A stretch of 64,000 bases of DNA from contig DAOUTW010000012.1 of assembly GCA_030668485.1 (NCBI GenBank), positions 12,834 to 76,833 on the forward strand, written 5' to 3'. The DNA is from Candidatus Zixiibacteriota bacterium. GTDB lineage: Bacteria > Zixibacteria > MSB-5A5 > GN15 > JAAZOE01. Both the position numbers and the translations under genes were made by a program. Shown here piece after piece: positions 41,231 through 49,898 of the stretch (position 1 is its first letter; every line of letters starts with the position of its first letter). The notes under the pieces were generated by a model. It did no database searches and was not told the origin of the DNA. It saw nothing but the letters and a program-made list of their open reading frames with translations.

Positions 41231-42491
41231 ATTATCTTTGGGCGAAACTGAAGACGACAAAAAGAAATTGAAGTGTTTTACAGTCAAGTGTAAGGATTTT
41301 TGCACTCATACATTTTTGACAGGTCAGTCAGGATCCGGGAAAACGGAAATTCTTGCCAGAATTATTGAAGAACTAATTCTTCACGGTTGTGGCAACATCC
41401 TTTTGTTTGATTTCAATTATGAATTTATGCATCTCAAAGAAGTCAATAATGATGCATTTAATAAACGCAAAACAAAATGGATAAAGCAGAATTGCGCGGG
41501 GAATGTTCGGAATGAGTTTAATGATGAGTGGAACAAGTTGAACAATGAATTTGAAATACTTGAATCCAAAGATTTAAAAATACACTACGATGATATCTGT
41601 GAAGATTTCTTGATGAAATTGATGGATATAGATGGCAAGAATCATCCTGGGGCTGCCTGGCTTGTGGATTTGATCAAGAAAGATCGCGATTTTAGTGAGC
41701 AGATTGGGAATGCAGAGAGTTTCAAAAAATTAATCGACAATTTTAGACGGTGGAGCGAGGGACGAACATCGAAGGATGAGCAATCCAAGGTATCCCAAAA
41801 TCTGTTTAATCAAATTCAACGATTCGCTGATCCTCTTGACTTTACTCGGCTCCGGAACGGCGCCGAGAAAGTTGTGAACATCGCAAATATTGAATGGGGC
41901 AATACTGTAGATAAGAAAAACTCTATCAGTGAGGAGTTTTTGTCAGGGCTATTCGATGACAAACGGCTGATTTCTTTGGATATGTTAGGTTTTCGATATG
42001 ATAATCGATTCGTTAGAGACCTTATCGCTCTGCAGGCTCTTAATAATATTTGGAAAATCGCCCGTAAAAGGTACATTGAAGCGTCTGAAAAAGGTAAAGG
42101 CGAGGAGATAACGCCCCCTATCTTCATCGTAATTGATGAAGCGCACAATATCGTTCCGGGGGAGTCAGCAGATACTCTATTCGCTAAAGAGATTTCTGAG
42201 ATTATCAGGACAATTGCCGCAGAAGGCAGGAAATTTAAAATATTCCTGATTCTAATATCTCAACGTCCGGATAAAATCCATCGTTCTGTGATCTCGGAAT
42301 GCCAGAATTATATTATTATGAAATCAATTCCACCGACCATTGAAAAACTACACGATTTGTTGCCTAGTAATCTAAATTCCGAACTTGAAAGGCTAATAAA
42401 TTATAAGAAAGGCGATGCGCTATATTACGGTAAGTTTACAAAATATGATCATAAAAAAGTTAGTGGTGATATCCGCCGTACGAAGAAATAG
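41220..42491 (+). CDS. HerA/FtsK-family (DUF87) ATPase lacking the HAS barrel
   Basis: HTFLTGQSGSGKT, LFDFNYEF, FIVIDEAHN, AEGRKF, ISQRP. ATG 41220/41223 overlaps the upstream stop. Confidence 0.85.
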   Translation: MMSELSLGETEDDKKKLKCFTVKCKDFCTHTFLTGQSGSGKTEILARIIEELILHGCGNILLFDFNYEFMHLKEVNNDAFNKRKTKWIKQNCAGNVRNEFNDEWNKLNNEFEILESKDLKIHYDDICEDFLMKLMDIDGKNHPGAAWLVDLIKKDRDFSEQIGNAESFKKLIDNFRRWSEGRTSKDEQSKVSQNLFNQIQRFADPLDFTRLRNGAEKVVNIANIEWGNTVDKKNSISEEFLSGLFDDKRLISLDMLGFRYDNRFVRDLIALQALNNIWKIARKRYIEASEKGKGEEITPPIFIVIDEAHNIVPGESADTLFAKEISEIIRTIAAEGRKFKIFLILISQRPDKIHRSVISECQNYIIMKSIPPTIEKLHDLLPSNLNSELERLINYKKGDALYYGKFTKYDHKKVSGDIRRTKK

Positions 42492-43086
42492 AGGCGGATT
42501 TTCGTGGTTGGCGTACGTCCCCGTGCCCCAACAATCGGGCTGGCGGACGAGCAATATCCACCGGGGGCGATTGCTTTTATTGCAGTTAACACCGCATATG
42601 TTTTTTGACTGAAATATCATCAGGCTGTAATCCAATCACTTAAATACTGAGTAGCCCGCCCAGGGTTCGTCGTGGCAAATGTCGGGCCATGTGGGCGGTA
42701 CCCGCCGCGGCGGGCTGGTCTGCCCCAGCGATTACCATAGCAACCGATTCAGATCATCCACGCGACAGCCAAAAGGTGGCCCCTGCCACCTGCCTGCAAA
42801 ATCAACATAGAATCGCTGTAGATCCTGTCCCTTTCCCAATTATTGAACCTGATCATTCAAGGAGTAATACGGATGCACGTAAACGAAATGAAAATCCCAT
42901 CGAAGGCCAAAACAGGGAAAAACCTTAATTATGAAAAACGAACCCAAAACCATTGCGATACAAGCATATCAGCCTGAGACAGAGCCTGAAATGATGCCCA
43001 AAAAAGAAAAACTTTAAAAATGAGCGACCAAAGCCAAATCCCTTACAATCCCAAGCGCGACAAACCATTATGGGACATAAAATGAC

Positions 43087-43117
43087 GGCGGGTGTATGTA
43101 AAATACATACACCTGCC
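43087..43117. repeat. 14-bp stem hairpin
   Basis: ggcgggtgtatgta-aaa-tacatacacctgcc. Confidence 0.6.
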
Positions 43118-43135
43118 TGTTTCGTGATGGATTCT

Positions 43136-43199
43136 TGTGCCCGGCATATGTCCACATCTGCCGGGCAATCGGGCACATGTGGACATGTGCTACGCACAA
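43136..43199. repeat. REPIN-like inverted doublet
   Basis: ttgtgcccggcatatgtccacatctgcc followed by its near reverse complement ggcacatgtggacatgtgctacgcacaa. Confidence 0.55.
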
Positions 43200-43378
43200 A
43201 GACAGGTGCCCCGTGGTCGTCAGACCTGGGAATATAGCCGGAGTTTTATGCTACGCTAAGCTGTTACGTCTCTGTGCATTATCTATACAAAATTGCGTCT
43301 AATAATCGGTAAAGATATGAGGCCTCCGGTCGAATCTATTGGTAAGTGCACCTTTTTTAATCGATTAAGGAGGCAGTA

Positions 43379-43984
43379 ATGAAGAAGTGTATGTATGTGC
43401 TCGTGGCTATGTTTGTTCTGACTTCGGTCGCCTCGGCCCAGAACCCTAATCCGTTCAATCTGTACCTCGGCGGAGCCATCTCGATTCCGAATTCGCCGGC
43501 TGAATTCGCCGATAGTTACAAAACCGGATTACACGGTTTTGTCGGTGTTGGCTATTCAGTGATGCCGAATTTGCAGGCGATTGGCAAGATCGAATTCAAT
43601 CGTTTCCCACTTGATCTCGGATCAGATCAGTCCTTCCTGGGTGAAGATATTACAGGTGGGCATAATAATATGTGGATGTTCGGTGTCGACGGTCGTTATA
43701 CCTTCAGTCTTCCGTCCGCTCCGATCAAACCGTTCCTTCTTGGCGGCGTCGGCCTCGCCCGGATATCGCCGACTCAATTGGAAGGCACCAGCGATCTGGT
43801 CGCCAGTCTGAATGAATTCCAGCCGGATACTCAAAATAAAGTTTATTTCAATGTCGGCGCCGGTATCGAACTGAAGGCGGGACCGATGTGGCAGGTGTTT
43901 GCCCAGGTTCGCTATGTCTCCGTCGCTACCGAGGGGGACCCCGCAACATTTATCCCGGTCAGCCTTGGTCTCAAGTTCTTCTAA
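43379..43984 (+). CDS. Outer membrane beta-barrel (OmpA/OmpW-like) protein
   Basis: AAGGAGG RBS, signal peptide ASA-Q, KPFLLGGVG, NVGAGIEL, terminal FF. Confidence 0.75.
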   Translation: MKKCMYVLVAMFVLTSVASAQNPNPFNLYLGGAISIPNSPAEFADSYKTGLHGFVGVGYSVMPNLQAIGKIEFNRFPLDLGSDQSFLGEDITGGHNNMWMFGVDGRYTFSLPSAPIKPFLLGGVGLARISPTQLEGTSDLVASLNEFQPDTQNKVYFNVGAGIELKAGPMWQVFAQVRYVSVATEGDPATFIPVSLGLKFF

Positions 43985-44013
43985 AGCAGACTATACGGTA
44001 TTGTTACTCCAAT

Positions 44014-44046
44014 AAAAAAAGGGCGCCTCTTTGAGACGCCCTTTAA
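44014..44046. terminator. Terminator shared by convergent genes; repeated at about 46301-46333, 47403-47436 and 48508-48540
   Basis: A-run, aagggcg(c/t)ct...agacgccctt stem. Confidence 0.75.
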
Positions 44047-44073
44047 ATTTGTGCTCTTGTTACGATCTTGCTA

Positions 44074-44715
44074 TTATTTCATGCGCTTGCGGAATCTGGC
44101 ACCCATACCGATCAATCCGAGGCCGAGGAGGGCCATAGTGGTCGGTTCCGGAACGGCGGAGGGGCTGTAAACGCCGCTGGCATCGCCGGACATATTGTCG
44201 ACAATCCACCAATTACTTTCACTCTCCATAGTGACATAGGCGATATCGCTCATCCCCGTTGCCACCGTCAGATAAAACATTCCGTTTTCATTACCGTCCT
44301 GATACCTCAAATTGCTCGGGCCGGAAATATAACTGAGTAGATTATCATTGATATCGTAGGCTTTAAGCGTAAAGGTCATGTATGTACTATAACCGGTGGT
44401 AAAAAAAGAAGCATCGGCGTTGTCAAAATCGATACGGCCCATTTGCATAAAGGAGCCAGCAACCCCAACATAGCCCTCCATCCAATACTGTCCGGTCGAC
44501 CATTCGAGGCCAAGATCATAGCTGGAGAAGCCCCAGTTATCCGTGGTTGCATCGGCGTAAGACATGTCGCTGGAAAAATTCAGGCCGGGAACCCCCGATT
44601 GAATCTGTTCGAGGTCATGTCCAAGCCCCCACTCGAAGTCGAGGAACCAGGCATGGCTGGTGCCGGTGAAGGCGAACAAAGCGACCATTAAAACCAGTAT
44701 CTTTGCCGTTCTCAT
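44074..44715 (-). CDS. PEP-CTERM sorting domain protein, paralogue A1
   Basis: Signal peptide SHA-W, C-terminal VPEPTTMALLGLGLIGMGARFRKRMK. Confidence 0.92.
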   Translation of the reverse strand: MRTAKILVLMVALFAFTGTSHAWFLDFEWGLGHDLEQIQSGVPGLNFSSDMSYADATTDNWGFSSYDLGLEWSTGQYWMEGYVGVAGSFMQMGRIDFDNADASFFTTGYSTYMTFTLKAYDINDNLLSYISGPSNLRYQDGNENGMFYLTVATGMSDIAYVTMESESNWWIVDNMSGDASGVYSPSAVPEPTTMALLGLGLIGMGARFRKRMK

Positions 44716-44754
44716 CGTGTAACCTCCAAATTTATTCTTTGTTGCAGCTTTATA

Positions 44755-45393
44755 CTATTTCATGCGTTTGCGGAGTCTGGCACCCATACCGATCAAGCCG
44801 AGGCCGAGGAGGGCCATTGTGGTCGGTTCGGGAATGGGGCTAGACACGCCACTGGCATCGCCGGACATATTGTCAGCAATCCAACTATTACTACCTGTAG
44901 GACAACCCATAGTGACATAGGCAATATCGCTCATTCCCGTTGCCACCGTTAGATAACCCATTCCTGCATCATTATCGTTTATATACCTCAAATTGCTTGG
45001 GCCGGTAACAAAACTGAGTAGATTATCATTGATATCGTAGGCTTCGAGGGTAAAGCTATAGAAGGAACTATAACCGACGGTGAAAAAAGAAGCATCGGCG
45101 TTGTCAAAATCGATACGGCCTATTGCTGCGGAGGAAGTAACCCCAACATAGCCTTCGATCCAAAACTCTCCGAGATTCCACTCAAGACCAAGATCGTAGC
45201 TGGATGTATTCCATAAATCGCTCATAGCATCGAGGTAATACAATTCATCACCAAAGTCCATACCCGGGATACCCGATTGAATCAACTCATAGTTATGACC
45301 CAAGCCCCACTCGAAGTCGAGGAACCAGGCATGGCTGGTGCCTGCGAAGGCGAACAAGGCCACCATTAAAACCAGTATCTTTGCCGTTCTCAT
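44755..45393 (-). CDS. PEP-CTERM protein, paralogue A2
   Basis: Same architecture, IPEPTTMALLGLGL tail. Confidence 0.92.
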   Translation of the reverse strand: MRTAKILVLMVALFAFAGTSHAWFLDFEWGLGHNYELIQSGIPGMDFGDELYYLDAMSDLWNTSSYDLGLEWNLGEFWIEGYVGVTSSAAIGRIDFDNADASFFTVGYSSFYSFTLEAYDINDNLLSFVTGPSNLRYINDNDAGMGYLTVATGMSDIAYVTMGCPTGSNSWIADNMSGDASGVSSPIPEPTTMALLGLGLIGMGARLRKRMK

Positions 45394-45432
45394 TGTGTAA
45401 CCTCCAAATTTATTCTTTGTTGCAGCTTTATA

Positions 45433-46068
45433 CTATTTCATGCGTTTGCGGAGTCTGGCACCCATACCGATCAAACCGAGGCCGAGAAGGGCCATAGTGG
45501 TCGGTTCCGGAATGGGGCTAGACACGCCACTGGCATCACCGGACATATTATCAACAATGCAATAATGATCCCTACCATGCATCAAGACATAGGCAATATT
45601 GTTCGATCCCGTTGAAACAGTCAGATAGCCCATTCCTGCAGAGTTACCATCTGCATACCTCAAATTGCTCGGGCCGGAAACATAATTGAGTAGATTATCA
45701 TTGATATCGTAGGCTTCTAGTGTAAAGCCTTCGTAGGCACTATAACCGGTGGTGAAAAAAGATGCATCGGCGTTGGTAAAATCGATACGGCCGATTCCAT
45801 CCGAGAGTGGAGCAACCCCAACATAACCTTCGATCCAATACTGTCCGGTTCCCCATTCGAGGCCAAGATCGTAGCTGGAGAAGCCCCAATTGCCCGCGCT
45901 TGCGTCGCAGTATTGCGCACTATCGGAAAACGTCAGGCCGGGAATCTCCGATTGAATTCGCTCTCTGTTGTGTCCCACACCCCATTCGAAGTCGAGGAAC
46001 CAGGCATGGCTGGTGCCGGTAAAGGCGAACAAAGCGACCATTAAAACCAATATCCTTGCCGTTTTCAT
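45433..46068 (-). CDS. PEP-CTERM protein, paralogue A3
   Basis: Same architecture, first gene of a probable three-gene operon. Confidence 0.92.
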   Translation of the reverse strand: MKTARILVLMVALFAFTGTSHAWFLDFEWGVGHNRERIQSEIPGLTFSDSAQYCDASAGNWGFSSYDLGLEWGTGQYWIEGYVGVAPLSDGIGRIDFTNADASFFTTGYSAYEGFTLEAYDINDNLLNYVSGPSNLRYADGNSAGMGYLTVSTGSNNIAYVLMHGRDHYCIVDNMSGDASGVSSPIPEPTTMALLGLGLIGMGARLRKRMK

Positions 46069-46129
46069 TGTGTAACCTCCAAAATGACTCAGTAGTCAAA
46101 GCAGTTATTATGTAATTTATCTTAATTAT

Positions 46130-46236
46130 AGCAAGTGACGTACCAAAATGGATAACTTGCACGTTATTAACAGGTTAACAAATATCACTTTTGCAAATTA
46201 GCATTATACGACCCCGATGTGTAGTAATAATGTACA
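46130..46236 (-). promoter_or_regulatory. Sigma-54 promoter with IHF-like site and TGT-N11-ACA box
   Basis: Minus strand TGGTACG-TCAC-TTGCT (46130-46145), tattaacaggtta at about 46165, TGTAGTAATAATGTACA 46220-46236. Confidence 0.7.
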
Positions 46237-46359
46237 GTGTGTCATGGCTAAGCCCTTTATATATAAGGGGCGGCGGCGAAATATGGGTATTTTGGGTAGA
46301 AAAAAAGGGCGTCTTTATGAGACGCCCTTCAAATTTGTGCTCTTGTTACGATCTTGATA

Positions 46360-47004
46360 CTATTTCATGCGCTTGCGGAGTCTGGCACCCATACCGATCA
46401 AGCCGAGGCCGAGGAGGACCATGGTGGTCGGTTCGGGGATACCCGGGCTGTAGACGGCGGAAGCATCACCGGACATATTGTCCAGGGTGAAAAAGTTGCC
46501 ACCATCATGAACCAGAATGTAAGCGATATCGGAGGGCGCCGAGGCCACGGTTAGATAACCAATAGAAGTGCCGCCAGCACTCACTGTATTGGCCGGACCG
46601 GAAGCGATATCAAGAAGATTGTCACTGCCATCATAAGCTTCCAGGTAGAAAGTTGAAATAGAGCTGTATCCGATGGTAAAAAAAGAACCGTCCTGATTCA
46701 GGAAGTCGATTCGACCGCTGCCCTGAGTAGTACCGAGCCAGGTACTGACATTGCCGCCTACAAAGTAGTTACCGCTGCCATAGACGTCTCCATTGTCGCT
46801 GGTGGCATTGTAACCGCCGGTGGTGATGTCCGCGTACATCCAGTCGTAACCGTCAGTGGTGGTGAACTGCAGTCCCGGAACGCCGGTAGCCACGGTTCCA
46901 CCATCATTGCCAAGGCCCCACTCGAAATCGAGGAACCAGGCTTGACTGGTGCCGGTAAGCGCAAAGATCGCGATCACTAATACGAAGATCCGTGCGAGTT
47001 TCAT
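46360..47004 (-). CDS. PEP-CTERM protein, paralogue B1
   Basis: Signal peptide, GIPEPTTMVLLGLGL tail, AGGAGG RBS. Confidence 0.92.
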   Translation of the reverse strand: MKLARIFVLVIAIFALTGTSQAWFLDFEWGLGNDGGTVATGVPGLQFTTTDGYDWMYADITTGGYNATSDNGDVYGSGNYFVGGNVSTWLGTTQGSGRIDFLNQDGSFFTIGYSSISTFYLEAYDGSDNLLDIASGPANTVSAGGTSIGYLTVASAPSDIAYILVHDGGNFFTLDNMSGDASAVYSPGIPEPTTMVLLGLGLIGMGARLRKRMK

Positions 47005-47071
47005 AATTTAATCCTCCTGATTTGATTTTATGTTTGCCCTAATTTGTTTTCAAAAGAACATTAATCGTATT

Positions 47072-47269
47072 AGCAAGCGATGTGCCGAGGTGTGTAAGGA
47101 GTAATAATGCAATAAGTTACACCAAACGCGACGGCATTGGAGGGATCGCTGGTGTCAAAAACATGTTTTGATAAGCGACACCGATTCACAGGGGAATAGA
47201 TAAGAGTCATAGATTTCTTTGTAAAGCAACGTATTAGAAAGACTTCTTAAAGTGTTCATGTTTTGAACA
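47072..47269 (-). promoter_or_regulatory. Sigma-54 promoter with two TGT-N11-ACA boxes
   Basis: Minus strand CGGCACA-TCGC-TTGCT (47072-47087), boxes 47164-47180 and 47253-47269. Confidence 0.75.
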
Positions 47270-47460
47270 AGATATGATACGGGATGAAATTTCCACTCCC
47301 TTGTGCGGGTATTACGGGCTTCGGGAGCCCGTAAATACTGGATTCCTGCGAAAATAAATCAAGAAACCGTTAAAAAATACAAATTGCAGCCTTTGAGGGG
47401 ATAAAAAAAGGGCGTCTCTTTGAGACGCCCTTTAAATTTGTGCTTGTTACGATCTTGCTA

Positions 47461-48105
47461 CTATTTCATGCGTTTGCGGAGTCTGGTACCCATACCGATC
47501 AAGCCGAGGCCGAGGAGGACCATGGTGGTCGGTTCGGGGATACCCGGGCTGTAGACAGCGGAAGCGTCACCGGACATATTGTCCAGGCCGAAGTAGTTAC
47601 CATCATCATGTACCAGAATGTAAGCGATATCGGCTGCAGCGGAGTTCACGGTCAAATAACCGAGAGAAGTATAACCTTCCCATTGGGTATTGGCCGGGCC
47701 GGAGACTACATCAAGAAGATTGTCACTGCCGTCATAAGCTTCCAGGAAGAATTCCGAAGCGGAACTGTATCCGATGGTAAAGAAGGAACCATCCTGATTC
47801 AGAAAGTCGATTCGACCACTGCCCTGAGTAGTACCGAGCCATGTAAAGACATTGCCGCCCACATTGTAACGGCCGCCAAGATAAGTGTCGCCGTTGTCGC
47901 TGGTGACATTATAACCACCGGTGGTGATATCACCATACATCCAGTCGTAACCGTCAGTGGTGGTGAACTGCAGTCCCGGAACGCCGGTAGCCACGGTTCC
48001 ACCATCATTGCCAAGGCCCCACTCGAAATCGAGGAACCAGGCATGACTGGTGCCGGTCAGCGCAAAGATCGCAACCACTAAAACGAAGATTCGTGCGAGT
48101 TTCAT
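47461..48105 (-). CDS. PEP-CTERM protein, paralogue B2
   Basis: Start set at MKLAR (48105) by RBS and paralogue alignment. Confidence 0.92.
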   Translation of the reverse strand: MKLARIFVLVVAIFALTGTSHAWFLDFEWGLGNDGGTVATGVPGLQFTTTDGYDWMYGDITTGGYNVTSDNGDTYLGGRYNVGGNVFTWLGTTQGSGRIDFLNQDGSFFTIGYSSASEFFLEAYDGSDNLLDVVSGPANTQWEGYTSLGYLTVNSAAADIAYILVHDDGNYFGLDNMSGDASAVYSPGIPEPTTMVLLGLGLIGMGTRLRKRMK

Positions 48106-48171
48106 GTTTAATCCTCCTAATTGGATTTTATATTTGCCATATTTTGTTTTCAAAAGAACATCAATAATATT

Positions 48172-48370
48172 AGCAAGCGATGTGCCGAGGTGTGTAAGGA
48201 GTAATAATGCAATGAGTTATGCCAAGCGTGACGGCATTGGAGGGATGGCTGATGTTAGAAAACATGTTTTGATAAGCGACACCGATTCACAGGGGAATAG
48301 AGAAGAATCATAGATTCCTTTGTAAAACAACGTATTAGAGAGACTACTTAAAGTGTTCATGTTTTGAACA
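48172..48370 (-). promoter_or_regulatory. Sigma-54 promoter with two TGT-N11-ACA boxes
   Basis: Copy of the B1 upstream region: -24/-12 at 48172-48187, boxes 48265-48281 and 48354-48370. Confidence 0.75.
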
Positions 48371-48565
48371 AAGATATGATACGGGATGAAATCTCCACTC
48401 CCGCGTGTGGTATTATGGGCCTCCAGAGCCCGAAAATACTGGGTTCCGGCGAAAATAAATCAAGAAATAGGCAAAAAAAATAAAAATTGCAGCATTTGAG
48501 GGGAAAGAAAAAGGGCACCTTAAATAAGACGCCCTTAAATTTGTGATCTTGTTACGACTTTGCTA

Positions 48566-49210
48566 CTATTTCATGCGCTTGCGGAGTCTGGCACCCATTC
48601 CGATCAAGCCAAGGCCGAGGAGGGCCATGGTGGTCGGTTCGGGGATACCCGGGCTGGAAACGGCGGAAGCGTCACCCGACATATTGTCGAGGCCGAAGTA
48701 GTTACCACCATCGTGCACCAGAATGTAAGCGATGTCGGCGGCACCGGAAGTCACGGTCAAATAGCCGAGAGAAGTGTAACCTTCCCACTGGGTATTGATC
48801 GGGCCAGTAGCAACATCAAGAAGATTGTCGCTGGCATCATAAGCTTCCAGGAAGAAAATGGAGGCCGAGCTGTAACCGATAGTGAAGAAGGAACCATCCT
48901 GATTCAGAAAGTCGATTCGACCGCTGCCCTGAGAAGTGCCGAGCCAGGTAAAGACATTGCCGCCCACATTGTAGCGGCCGGTGCCATAAACGTCGCCATT
49001 GTCGCTGGTGACATTATAACCACCGGTGGTGATATCACCGTACATCCAGTCATAACCGTCAGTGGTGGTGAACTGCAGTCCCGGAACGCCGGTAGCCACG
49101 GTTCCACCATTATTGCCAAGGCCCCACTCGAAATCGAGGAACCAGGCATGACTGGTGCCGGTCAGCGCAAAGATCGCAACCACTAAAACTAAGATCCGTG
49201 CTAGTTTCAT
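48566..49210 (-). CDS. PEP-CTERM protein, paralogue B3
   Basis: Same architecture, GIPEPTTMALLG tail. Confidence 0.92.
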   Translation of the reverse strand: MKLARILVLVVAIFALTGTSHAWFLDFEWGLGNNGGTVATGVPGLQFTTTDGYDWMYGDITTGGYNVTSDNGDVYGTGRYNVGGNVFTWLGTSQGSGRIDFLNQDGSFFTIGYSSASIFFLEAYDASDNLLDVATGPINTQWEGYTSLGYLTVTSGAADIAYILVHDGGNYFGLDNMSGDASAVSSPGIPEPTTMALLGLGLIGMGARLRKRMK

Positions 49211-49275
49211 GTTTAATTCTCCTAAATGGATTTTATGTTTACCGTTTTAAATTTCAAAAGAACAATTATTTCATT

Positions 49276-49474
49276 AGCAAGCAATGTGCCGAGAAGCGTA
49301 ATGAGTTGTAATACAATAAGATACACCGTTTATGGTGGCTTCGGGCGGGTAATTTGCATTAAAAAACATGTTTTGATAAGCGACACCAATTTACTCGGGA
49401 TTATCGGAAAAACAGATATGTGTATGTAAAACAATGCTTTATGAAGATTGTTTAAAGTGTTCACGATTTGTACA
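49276..49474 (-). promoter_or_regulatory. Sigma-54 promoter with two TGT-N11-ACA boxes (diverged copy)
   Basis: CGGCACA-TTGC-TTGCT (49276-49291), boxes 49369-49385 and 49458-49474 conserved while flanks diverge. Confidence 0.75.
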
Positions 49475-49898
49475 CAGGAATAATGTAAGATGAAATCTAC
49501 ACTCCCGTCTATGATTTAATGGGCTTCCAGAGGGCGAAAATAATGGGATCAGGCTAAAAAAAACAACAAATCGATAAATTTAAGATAATATTCACCTATG
49601 AAATGATGAATTATGCTATAAGCGAGTCGGTTTGCAGAATATTCCACACTCCGACCAACAGATAATTACACACCTTCATTAGCAGCTAAAAGTTGAATTT
49701 GTCTATTCATGCCCCATATAACGGTGTTATCGAAGATATTGCCGCCTGGATCAAGTCCCGCCGACAACTTCGTTAATCCCCATTCCTGCCCTTGATTTGT
49801 AGGGCGCAAATTTGTATATATGAAATTCGTGATAAGGCCCCGGTGGCGGCATAAGGCTGTCGGGATTGGGAGACTATGATATTTGAGGGCTTTGTGAT

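Larger units (their letters stand above)
44014..49560 (-). repeat. Tandem gene amplification: about 680-bp units (A) and about 1100-bp units (B)
   Basis: Stop-to-stop periods 681/678 and 1101/1105. 39-nt A spacers differ at one base. Confidence 0.9.

Noticed and set aside
47440-49186. Plus-strand ORFs of 213 and 208 aa (and 44068, 46354)
   Set aside because: Antisense shadows of the PEP-CTERM genes, repeated only because those genes are repeated.
44014-49560. CRISPR array or DGR target in the repeated region
   Set aside because: Repeats are whole-gene duplications with no short repeat-spacer pattern. Differences are not adenine-specific and no reverse transcriptase or cas genes are present.
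49666-49790. Possible tmRNA (minus strand begins GGGG and contains ...TTAGCTGCTAA)
   Set aside because: The LAA codons are not followed by an in-frame stop and there is no T-arm/CCA tRNA-like end.
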